Origin: the human T2T-CHM13v2.0 reference genome, Homo sapiens
DNA length: 64,000 nucleotides
NCBI RefSeq assembly: GCF_009914755.1
Contig: NC_060938.1
Strand: one strand, 5' to 3'
Part shown: positions 28,687 to 45,893 of the stretch, one piece after another
How positions within the stretch are numbered: the stretch's first letter is position 1
Layout of the letters: each line of letters starts with the position of its first letter
Made by a program: the position numbers and the translations under genes
Notes under the pieces: model-generated
Database searches by the model: none
What the model saw: only the letters and a program-made list of their open reading frames with translations
Told to the model about the DNA's origin: nothing

Positions 28687-28801
28687 TGAACAACCTTGTA
28701 GAACACACAAGAGCCCCCTCAGAGAACTGGATGGGTCAGGTCTCCCATCCAGTTGCCTTAGGGGTTAGGAACGCTCCCATGTTGTTCTCTGGTTTTTGCT
28801 C
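28687..28801 (-). ncRNA. MIR5195: microRNA 5195 hairpin
   Basis: Visible inverted repeat. The 5p arm AACCCCTAAGGCAACTGGATGG (28745-28766) and 3p arm ATCCAGTTCTCTGAGGGGGCT (28712-28732) match the miR-5195 mature sequences as remembered. Confidence 0.88.
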
Positions 28802-28902
28802 CTGAGGACACAAACAGCCAGTGTTTCCTCCCCGGATGAATAGAGAGGCCCCTGGGGAGGGTGTGTCTGGCAGCTCACTCTGCACCTGCACCGCGGAAGG
28901 TT

Positions 28903-29348
28903 TTAGATGGTCCCTCTCACACAATAATACATGGCGGCGTCCGAGGCCTTCAGGCTGCTCCACTGCAGGTAGGCGGTGCTGCTGGAGCTGTCGGCTGAGA
29001 TGGTGACGTGGCCTTGGAAGGATGGGCTGTATCTGGTATCAGAGTTCCCAGGATAGATGCTCCCCATCCACTCCAGTTCTTTCCCGGGCATCTGGCGCAC
29101 CCAGTGGATCCAGTAGCTGGTAAAGCTGTATCCAGAAGTCTTACAGGAGATCCTCAGAGACTCCCCGGGTCTTTTCACCTCTGCTGCAGACTGCAACAGC
29201 TGCACCTCGGCAAAGACACCTGTGTGGGAGACACAAAATTTGCATCAGGGGCTCCCTTCTGCCCATTCTTCTCTGTGACCTCAAACCCTGGGCAGGACTG
29301 ACCTTGGAGAACAGCCAGGACGAGGGAAAGGATGACGGTTGACCCCAT
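28903..29348 (-). pseudogene. IGHV5-78: IGHV5-family segment with intact leader, splice sites and V ORF but no RSS heptamer
   Basis: Leader MGSTVILSLVLAVLQ (29303-29348), GT/AG intact, exon 2 from 29219; [36 protein letters not shown]...YYCVRGTI*; only the nonamer CTAAAACCT (28898-28906) remains. Confidence 0.93.
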
Positions 29349-29427
29349 CCTGGAGGAGGACAGAAAAGAAAGCACTGAGATCCCAGCTGGGTGGTGAAGG
29401 AGACTCACTGTGGAGGAGAGCCCTGGG

Positions 29428-29460
29428 TTTAAGTGGGGAGGCCCCCACTTGAATTTGCAT
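29428..29460 (-). promoter_or_regulatory. IGHV5-78 promoter (octamer + TATA-like)
   Basis: Perfect octamer ATTTGCAT/ATGCAAAT at 29453-29460; TTAAA at 29428-29432. Confidence 0.85.
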
Positions 29461-29899
29461 AGTTGCCGCCCTGGCCTGAAGGGAAGAGTCTACAAGGTTT
29501 ATAACCCAGAACCGCAACTGCAGAAAAACGGCTGAACTGAGCCTCTTGGGAGAGGCAGAATAAGGTCTTAATAATGTCTTACAACCCCCTGTTGTCCCTC
29601 CGCACTCTTGTCCATGGTCCTACAAGACCCAAACCAGGGCCTCCCTTCTTCCTACCCTTCTCTGTGACCCTGTGAAGGTGATAAATCTAGATGAAATCAC
29701 GTGTGTTTTAAAAAATGAGAAATAGAACCAGGAAATGCTATGAAGACAAAATTCAAATGCACATATGCCTGATAATAAGAACTACAAAAAAAAAAAAAAC
29801 ACCTAGTTTCTACTTGCTGGCAATTTCCCATGAGTGCCATTATGGTCTGGGCACCCAGCAAAGGCAGGACCACCCTAGGGCTTCAACAGTCCTCAACTT

Positions 29900-31030
29900 G
29901 ATTAACTTGCCAGACCTTCACCCATGCCAAATCACACATTTTTTCTGGTCATTTTGTCTTCTACATTTCTACAGTCTGCCAATTCAACATAAATAGGGAA
30001 TATTTGTTTAGGTCTCTGAATTGCTGATGGAACTGAAGGGATTGCCATTGCTGCACCCAACTCCTGGTAGTTCTGTTTTAAGTCCTTTGTGTCAACCCCA
30101 GCACCTTCTTGTTTAGTTCTTTCATTTTTTAACATTCATTTTATGATATCCACATTGCTTGGAGGAGGCCCTTAACTATCCCCTGTGTCTGCCCCATTAT
30201 CTTGTGAACCACTCTCATTTCCTTATCATCTAAAAGATTCAAATGAAAAGACAAGGCAATACAAACTACACAGTTTCTAAAATATTTGCCAGATTGCTCA
30301 CAGGAGTTGTACCTGGGGTGCAGAAGCAAAAGGACTTCTCTTTATCACAGCACAGGCCATGACCTAGGTAAGGTGCATGCGAAGCAATGTCCAGCAGCAT
30401 CAACAGAAACACACAGCAGCAGGACCTGGATAAGATGCATGCTAAGCAATGACCGTCGGTATCAACATAAACACATAGCACTATGGCTTCCATATACAGC
30501 ATTGGGCTCCTCATCTGGAGAGCCCACTTTGCATTTTAAAGAGAGAAAGGGCAGTCTCATTCTCAGGGTAGAGAAACTTTACATGATCGGGATCCAGTGC
30601 TTGAGGAAAGCTGTCCCATCAGAAGCATCCTACTTGAGGTTGGGATCAGCTAGAGCCATCTGTGATGTGTCTATTGTGAGCTGTGGGTCCAGCATCTTCC
30701 CAAACATGCTCCTCCCTTATGCAACACATGAAGCCAAAGAGAATCTGCTACATCAGTCAGTCTCCTAGTCCATTGGCTAATGTTGTTCACGATCTGATGA
30801 TATCTATTAATGATATCATTCATATCACAAAATGATGCCACTTTCCACACTATCCTCCCTGTTCTAGTTGTCAAGTGGATTCCCCTCCCCAGTCCAAACC
30901 CTGGGCTACCATCTGTGTAGCTCTTGTGTGTTGTGTGTTGTTTCTGGACAACTGTACCCTTTGGCAGTGAATGGGAGTCTAGCAGCCTTGGCTCACAGGG
31001 CACACTGCAGGGCTGGATGTGCATCTTTTT
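29900..31030 (-). pseudogene. Probable highly decayed intronless ADAM metalloprotease relic
   Basis: Colinear weak remnants of pro-, metalloprotease and disintegrin motifs with appropriate spacing (see findings); recognised by eye only. Confidence 0.4.
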
Positions 31031-33686
31031 ACTATTATTTTAGCTATCACAGATATGAGTTGCATACTCAGGTTGTTCTTCATTATTTTTACTTGTTCTT
31101 GTTCAGGGAACAACTCCTAGGGAGCTGTGTCCGTCGTTTCTAAATTCCATGGATTACTTTCACTTCCTGCTCCTTATTGGAGTGCACACATCATCTCATG
31201 CCATGTGATTCTATAGCCATCCAGGCACTGAATGTCTTTTATCCTACACTTTCTCATCCTTTGATATTATAAATGCTATAGACATGTGTCAGTAGTCAGG
31301 GTCTTTCTAGCAATTTACACCTCTGATGTAATTGTGTTGAGTGTCCCAAGACCATCCTCAGGCCCCATAATCAGTACAAATAAAGGACTCAAGACAAGCT
31401 GTTATTCTCGTGGGTGCAGCTTTATTATAGCAAATGAATATGAATTAAAATGAGCAAAGGAACCAGTGGGAAGGCCCTGAGAATCCAGGCACAAGCTCCC
31501 AGGTGTTCTTTCCCTGAGAAGTCTCTTGTCCCCAGTTCTCCCAGCAGTGATGCATGACAATACGTGTGAAGCATTGTCCACCAGGGAAGCTCACCTGAGT
31601 GCTGGTGCCCAGTGCTGTTTATTGGGGCCCATCACAGATGTGTGTGGCACCTGCATAACTGACCTCCAGTGCTCAGACGCTGGCCCCTTCAGCAATAATA
31701 GGCATTCCCCATAAGTCATTATGGAAACAGCTAGCATAGTGTGCACCCAGGCTACACACACAGAGACAGAGACACACAAGCAAAAATACATTTCAACTAA
31801 TAATAATAATCATAATACTAAGAATAAAAAGAATAAAGAGGAATGTTTTGGAAGTCATTGCTATGTTTATGACCTTGATGGTGATGGTAACTTTGCATAC
31901 TTAACTCAATGAATTAAGTATGTTAAATAACGTATAGTCTTATAGATGTAATCCTTACCTTAATAAAATGGTTTAAAAATATTTCCAGGAGGAGTATGCC
32001 AAAAAAGCAGATATCATCTCCCAGGAGCTGAATATGGATGTGGCTTGAGAAAGCACTTTTTCAGTAATCTTCAGGGTTTGCACAACACAAGCCTGCTCAG
32101 TAAACACTTTCCTGTACATAAGTCCAGGTGAGGTGGAAACAGGCTGTTGGAATAAAAAGCAAGATGCAGAAGAAAAGAGAGAGGAAGTGGTGGACAAGAT
32201 ATGAACCCACGTAGGGTCAGTGTGGATGGGAGGCACCACTGAGAGCCTGTGGATGGAGAAGGATGTGGACCAGGGACAGCAGGAAAACAAGGCAGGGAGG
32301 GTTCTTCCTGAGCCAAACCAGATGTTTCACGGAGGCTGTGATCAGGGGCCATGCACAGGCACAGGTGGGTGCCATGGAGTAGGGGAGCCACTGGGGTATA
32401 GACCCAGGACAGAGCATGAGAAATTCAGACATTCCCAAGGCAGCAGGCACAGAAATAATGACTGACAAGCCTCTATCTTGGGCTCCCATCCATATATCAA
32501 AGATAAAGTTAACTGATTTTTCCACCTGGGAAGAAATGACTGAATCTCTGAGTGAGGAAGGACATGAGTGGTGCAGCCAGGGGAAGCAATGCTGGACCTG
32601 CCAGCAACCCTCCTCCCCTCACACTGCCCTGCATGTCCTCCCATCCCCAAAGCATGGAGGTTCTCATCCTTGTCCAGTGGTGGGAGCCACAGTCAGCTCC
32701 TAGACCCCTCAGGGGGCTTCCTGACATGATCAGCTGGGTCTAACAAAAACAGGGCATTTACAATCAAGTTCTCCATCTACCTGTCACCAATGTGTTTATG
32801 AGGCTTTAGAGTAAATGAAATAAGTGAAAAAAGACTTTACAAGCAATAGAAAAATCAACAAACCTAAGAGTTTTTTCTTAAAAAAGGACAAATTCTTAGC
32901 TAGATTAAGAGAAAAAGAAAGAATCCTTTAATAACTAAAATCAAAAATAATTCAGAAAGCATAAGAATTGATAAAACTGAAATTTAGAAGCAATTAGAGA
33001 TGATTCCTCTGACATTTTCAAAGTTGTCTCAATCCTTCAGGTAGTAATGGCATTTCTTGTCTCAGAACCCAAGAAGAGTCCTGAGACACACAATTACTTG
33101 TTTAAATTATCTTTATCACTCTCTGATAAAATACTCACACATAATAATCTAGCTGCATGAAGATAAAAAATAACTAGTTTGAAATTAGAACAAGTCCCAA
33201 GTAAATCAAAGTTAGCATGTGGTTCATAATGTAATAGACAGGAGACATGGCTGAATATGAAGAATGTGTTCACATCTATTTTGTGTCAAGATCAGGAAAA
33301 TATTTTTTATATTATTTAGGTAAAAGCCCCATTGAGAGCACTGATTTAAGATTATATATTGGTGGGTAATACCTCAATAATAAAAGTAGAGGTTATTAAC
33401 CTTTAATTTGTATTACTAGTACAAAGTTTCATTCAGGATATATCCTTCTATGTGTTATGAAATCAACTCAGAAGGCAGAAAACATTGCACTTATTAAAGC
33501 TTTTTAATAAATTAAAAATTATAATTAAGTATATATGTTTCTAGATGGTGTACAACTTAGGAATATTTTTAACAGAGAGGGTTCTTATGTCTTCTGCAGA
33601 TCCTATCAAAATGGACAAGAGAAGAAACTCCCAGATGAATTTCTACCTACTAGAGAACTGATTAACATAATTTTTTGAGTTACTAT

Positions 33687-37085
<3,399 letters not shown>

Positions 37086-37698
37086 TAATCCAAATGCTAA
37101 TGGAAGCTAAAAAAAGTGATTAAATACACCAAACGCTCTAGCTCAATCTAGTTTATAATATTATCTAACCATGGAGAGCATTATCATTGTTCATATAAGA
37201 CAGAATGAATCCTACTCAACAATCTTCTAGGAATGTTTTAAAAATGGCATCTCTACATAAAAATGATCAAATCTTTAATAAAATGTAAAACTCCCTTGGC
37301 CAAAGGTTCTCCCACTAGCACTATGGAATCATGTTCCACTCCTCAGGGTGCATCAGTTATTACCCTATGACTTGGCAGCTAAAAGGCCCATACGTTTATA
37401 GAGTTTACCCCCAGAGATCATCTTTGTCCTATTGCATGCATGTGTTACAAAATACTGAAAGTGATTCCTGTGTGATATCCACTCCAATCATGAAGAGTTT
37501 GAGGCTGCCTTTTTGTTACATCTTTTCCACAGACTCTTGTGATCTTCAGCAAGGAAATTGGAAGGAACATCAGCAGAAAATACTCCTCTTGAATCATATT
37601 GGAAGGAATCTTATCAGATACTTTTAACTAACTCGCTGCAGAAAATATTCAGGCAGTTAATTGTTGGGTTCATGTTTTACAACTAAAGAATAAATTCA

Positions 37699-38003
37699 GG
37701 CCAGATGCAGTGGATCATCGCTATAATCACACCACTTTCAGAAGCAAAAATGAGGGAAATCCCGTGAGACGAGGCAATCGAAGCCAACCTGAGCAACATA
37801 AAGAGATGTTATTTCTCTGAAAAAATATTTTAAAGAATAAGCAGGTGAGGGGTGGCGTTCCCCTCTACTTCTAGATACTCAGGAAGCAAAGATGGGAAGA
37901 TTATGTGAGCCAGGTGTTCAAAATTACAGTGAGCTTTGATCATACAACTGTTCTTCAAACTGTGCAACAGGGTGAGAGCCTGTCTCTAAAAACAAATAAA
38001 AAA
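37699..38003 (+). mobile_element. Old AluJ-like element
   Basis: Degenerate Alu dimer (GGCCAGATGCAGTGG...GTGAGAGCCTGTCTCTAAAA). Confidence 0.65.
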
Positions 38004-38829
38004 GAATCAATAAAGAATTCCACACAACTGTAAAGCTACTCAAATAGGAGATATTAAACTGAGCATCCTTATAGATTCTCTGGGGTTTTGGATGTTTTTA
38101 AGCAGATAGCTGGCCTAAGACCTGCAGAATAAGCTGATAGTCCTTTGTTGTGAGAAGCTTCTACCCAAGACATTAGACCAGGACCCCTCTCTAATTCCCC
38201 AACCCCTCCTCCTTTTTCTCAATATTATTTGCTTATATTTATAAAGTCATTGCATTCCTGTAGACCTCCATGTTGTCCACCTGCATTGAACCCTTATCTT
38301 TTTGCTTATTCATTATTTTTATTCTTGCTACATAGAATAAGTTGTCACAATATTTTTGATGCATGACTGCTGAGGACTTAAGGCTCACTCCTCTATCATC
38401 TCCTCTTTTGTCAAACAAGGTGAATCTAGTTTGCAATCACAGGAGCTTCTTCATGTGATGCCATTGGGAGTTTCAAACCCTATAAACCCCTTTCTGTGAG
38501 TGGGAAGCCTCACTCTGCCCCCACCACCAAACCATTATAAAAACCCTGAGTCAGTCTCCATTCCTCCTTTACCAAGCCATTTTAGACAGTCCTGAGAGAA
38601 CTGCCCTGCTCTCAGCAGACACCTCTACAGTGCAGATAATAAACCTCTCCATATTCACTTGCTCTGAGTGTACGACTTCATCAGACAAAACATCCACACT
38701 AAATCTCAGTTGAGATCTCTTGACTTTGCATGGTGTCAAATACTACTGATGCTGTGAGCTCAGTGTCACGGTTTCTATCAACAGGACACACTGGATTCCT
38801 GAAACAACTCCAGGATAGAGCTGGACATA

Positions 38830-39188
38830 TGATATGCATTGGCTTTGTGTCCCCACCTAAATATCATCTCAAATTGTAATCCCCACATGTCAAGGGAGGG
38901 ACCAAGTGAGAGGTGATTGGATCACGGGGGCAGCTTCCCCATGTTGTTCTCATGATAGTGAGTTCTCACAAGACCTGAGGGTTTAAAAGTGTATGTCACT
39001 TCTCTCTCTCTCTCTCTCACCTGCTGCCATCTGAGACGTGCCTTGCTTCCCCTTCACCTTCCACCATGATTGTAAGTTTCCTGTGACTTCCCCAGCTGTG
39101 CAGAACTGTGAGTCAACTAAACCTCTTTTTTCATAAACTACCCAGTCTCACGTAGTTCTTTATAGGAGTGTGAAAATGAACTAATACA
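38830..39188 (+). mobile_element. MaLR solo LTR (MSTA/THE1 type)
   Basis: TGATATG..TGGCTTTGTGTCCCCACC...AACTAATACA; 5-bp TSD ACAT(A/G); paralogous empty site near 2436. Confidence 0.85.
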
Positions 39189-39872
39189 ACATGCCTGGTG
39201 GGTTTGATAAACTTTCTTAATGTCGTAGAATTAGTCCATTATTTTGCTGTATTCTAATGTTTCTCTAAAAATACAGAGATGCCTAGGGCTCGTTGCTGTG
39301 TATTTCAGGTGTCTCTGACATTTCATGTATTTTATTTATCTCTGTCTAACTCCTTTTCTACCAAATTATACATGTTATAATTAGTGCTATCTTTAATTAG
39401 GTTAAATTAAAAAATATCTTTATGAAGTGTTCAATTTTACTAATATTGTCCCAAACATAATCATTATCAACGTAGATAACAAGTCAATTTCCTTAAAATT
39501 TTCTCTTGTTCTGTAATTTCTCCTTCCTAGACCTTCCCTTTTCCTACAATATTCACAGTGAGCTACTGATTTTTGTGTAAGTTTAGATTACTTTTCATTT
39601 TATGAAATTTATAAAAGTTGTATCTTATGTAAGTACTTTTATTTGTTTGGCTCATTTTACTTATGAGAACTACTTGTGAATTTTGCCATGCTGTTGACAG
39701 TAGCCAACATTAGTTGCTTGTAGTAGTGGGTAATATGCCAATGGATGAGTTTTCCTCAATTTCTTTACCAATTAAGCTGATGACTGACATTTGAGTTGTT
39801 TTTCATGCTGGGTATTATAAGCTGATGCTACTCAGCTTAGAGAGGTACACAGCTGGGAAACACATGGTTCTT

Positions 39873-42482
<2,610 letters not shown>

Positions 42483-42720
42483 TAATAAAAGGTATAGATT
42501 TATGTGTGTTGTGGGGTGGGTGTACGTCAGTTTCTGTGTGAGAGAGAGAAGGCAGGAAGGAAGGCAGAAAAAAGAGAGGAATATTACATAATTGACCACA
42601 GTTTATGAGGTCCTCAAGAAATTACAGGGAATTAGTCCTTATGGACAAGGCTGACATAGATGGAGAGGACAACTTGACACACCTAGCTATGGTTATATAT
42701 TGATATAAATATCATTTTCT

Positions 42721-43018
42721 TTTTTTCTCTCTTTTTTTTAATGGAGTCTTGCTCTGTTGCCCAGGCTGGAGTGCAGTGGCACATCTTGGCTCAACGCAAC
42801 CTCTGCCTCCCAGGTTCAAGCGATTCTCCTGCCTCAGCCTCCCGAGTAGCTGGGATTACAGGCGTGTGCCACTGGGCCTGGCTAATATTTGTATTTTTAG
42901 TAGAAACGGAGTTTCATCATGTTGGCCAGGCTAGTCTTGAACTCCTGACCTCAGGTGATCTGCCCGCCTCAGCCTCCCAAAGTGCTGGGATTACAGGCAT
43001 GAGTCACTGCACCTGGCC
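42721..43018 (-). mobile_element. AluS
   Basis: Alu dimer; TSD AAATATCATTTTCT. Confidence 0.9.
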
Positions 43019-43422
43019 CCAAAATATCATTTTCTAGTCATACAAACACTCACATGTGTTAGAACATGCATTAGAACAGATGTAGTGGAGGGTGTCTAGT
43101 GGTGAAATATGATGGTGACACAAAACCCCTCATCCAGCCCCTTTTCATCCCAGCTTCACCTGCCCTAAGGCTGAGCCTTGAACCTGCTCTTTCTGAGTCC
43201 TCACAATGGTCCTGAGCCCCCTGCTGTACCGAGCACCCTCTGGTGTCCTGATTTTCCTCGATGGTTCCTGAGAGCCCCCGGCTGACCTGCGTGCCTCTAC
43301 AATGGTCTTGAGTGCCCCTTGGTGTCCTGAGAGCCCCCTGGGGACCTGAGCAACCCCTTCTGTCCTATGCACCCCCACAGGGAGGTTTGGGTGTGAGCTC
43401 ACACTGTGATTCCCTCACTGTG

Positions 43423-43715
43423 TCTTTGGCTTAAAAATACATGGCTATGTGCTTGTTGCTCATGTAGCTCAGCTGTAGGAAGAACTGCTTTTTTGGACAC
43501 GGATCTGGGGATGGTGACTGGACACTTGAGGAGTGGGTGGTAATGTGTGCTCCCTTCATGACCTATGCACCCAATCCACTCCATTCCCTTCCCTGGGGGG
43601 CTGATGGATCCAGCTTCAGCAGGAAGACCTCGTTATCACGGGGAACACAGACACAGCGCAGGTAAGGGAGAGGGTCTGTGAGGGCTTCACCAGGCCAAGA
43701 GTGCGCTGAGAAACA
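43423..43715 (-). pseudogene. IGHV(II)-78-1: Clan II divergent IGHV pseudogene, 5'-truncated
   Basis: [44 protein letters not shown]; RSS CACAGTG (43416-43422), 23-bp spacer, ACCCAAACC (43384-43392). Confidence 0.85.
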
Positions 43716-44364
43716 CAGTTGTTGGCATGCACAGGTTCTGGGCAATACATTGAAATTCTCAAATATGTACATTTTTATGAGAATAAACAGCTCACTTGTG
43801 TTCAATTTGTGAATCTCCTAGAGCAATGCAGCAGATTCTGAGGTTAGATTCAGACAAATATAGGGTCACGTTTTTCTCCATAGTTGGAACCAAATTATAA
43901 AGAGAAACTTATGTCAGTAGAATGGGCATTGAACTATCTCTGTCTATGATAATGGTGATGTTCAGAATAGGATTGGGATGTGACAACCTGAAGGGTGTCC
44001 TAATTATTAACCCACAATTAGACCTCAGCAGCAATCACTGGCAGTGGAGGTCACCCACATGGAGAAATGTCTGACTCACTGAAGCTGCACCTGGGGGTCT
44101 CTGCAGGCTCTGAGTTGTACAGGAACAGCTCCTCCCTCAGACTCAGAGTGAGGACAATCTCTGCTCTTTCTCTGGGGGAGGTGAGGGTTAGTATGAGGAA
44201 AGAACCAACCTTACTGTAATCAAGATCTCTGTTCTTAGACAGAAACCAAAGAATATGAGAAAAAACTGATCTCAGTTTAAACAGAACAATTCATCATGAG
44301 GAAGGTAATAATATGTCTGGATGCTGCACAGAATTAAGAAACAATGAATTTGGGATAAGGTTGA

Positions 44365-44689
<325 letters not shown>

Positions 44690-45449
44690 AGACTCTGTTC
44701 TTAATTATCTATGTCATCTGAGAAAATGAAGTAAAATCATGGTTTTTATATAAAAATTCACAAACTGGGTGCTGGCCCTGAGAATCCACCTCCCATCTCT
44801 CCAACATCAGGGAGCCCAATAGACCAGGCAGCCAGCTGCTGCACTGCACTCTAACACCTGTCACCTGGTGTGTGCCAAAGACACCCAACCTGGGAGCTCC
44901 TCCCAGACAATGGCTGTGCACAGCGGAAGTACTGAGGCATGGCTGCTGCTGGGACACATGGGAGATTCCTGATGGACAACTGAGCTCTGGGAGGCACCAG
45001 TGGCCTCGCTGAACTTAGCTTGGACCCAGGGTATTTAGGTAAGCTCCATCAAACTCCCACTCTTCTCCAGCACTAGTGGTGAGATTGACATTCTGGGGTG
45101 GCAGTGTCTACAGCCTCCCTGGCCTCCTGTGCATTTTTATGCCTCCATTACTTACATCTGCCTTTGGGACAAATGAGAATGTTTCCACTTCTTATAATAA
45201 ATTTTTCTAATCCAGAGACCTCAGGGATGGGCACAGAAACATAAATGTCAAGAGGCTCCCAGGGGAACTGTTGGATGCAGAGAAAGCCACAGACCCTGAA
45301 GGAAAGTAGCCCATGACGACCGTCTGCACCTGCCCTAGAGCTTCCCCTGTTTTCTGTGGGTCTTGAGTGCTCCCTTTATCCCAGCCTCCTCCCTTATCAT
45401 TACAGGAACCTCTGTGTCTGTGTTCACACTGATGTCTTCTTACCTGGTG

Positions 45450-45893
45450 CCTCACATACAGTAACACACAGCTGTGCCCTCTGCTCTCAGACTGTTCATT
45501 TGCAAATACAGTGAGTTCTTGGCATTTTCTTTGGAGACGGTGAATCTGCTCGTCACAGATTGTGCATAACATATCTGACTTCCATCACACTGTATATCTA
45601 CTACTCACTCCAGCCCCTTCCCTGGAGCCTGGGAAACCGAGCTCATTCAGTAGCTACTGAAGGTTAATCCAGAGGCTGCACAGGAGAGTCTCAGGGAACC
45701 CCAGGTTGTCTTGGGTCCTCTCCAGACTCCACCAGCTGTACCTCACACTGGACACCCGTAAACTCGTAGAGATCCTGGTGAGAAACTGCCTGACATATCC
45801 ACTGTTTCTCTCAAATATATTCACTCACACTCTATTTCTCTGGTTTACCTTTTAAAATAACAACTGTGAAACCCAGCTCAGCCCAGACTCCAT
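45450..45893 (-). pseudogene. IGHV3-79: IGHV3-family V pseudogene
   Basis: 45-nt leader (1-nt deletion, TAA in frame), acceptor GG, EVQLVESGEDPRQPG then frameshift, degenerate RSS, octamer GTTTGCAT (46020-46027). Confidence 0.88.

Noticed and set aside
28791-28823. Nonamer-like GCAAAAACC downstream of IGHV5-78 as a replacement RSS
   Set aside because: The nearest CAC heptamer-like sequence is 17 bp away and it is ~90 bp from the V end
29900-31030. SLC20A1 processed pseudogene (DVADS, LANILETV resemblances)
   Set aside because: Motif spacing is inconsistent with SLC20A1; an ADAM-like interpretation fits order and spacing better
43402-43408. Second CACAGTG inside the IGHV(II)-78-1 spacer as a nested 12-RSS
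   Set aside because: Only 9 bp from the nonamer, outside the 12+/-1 rule
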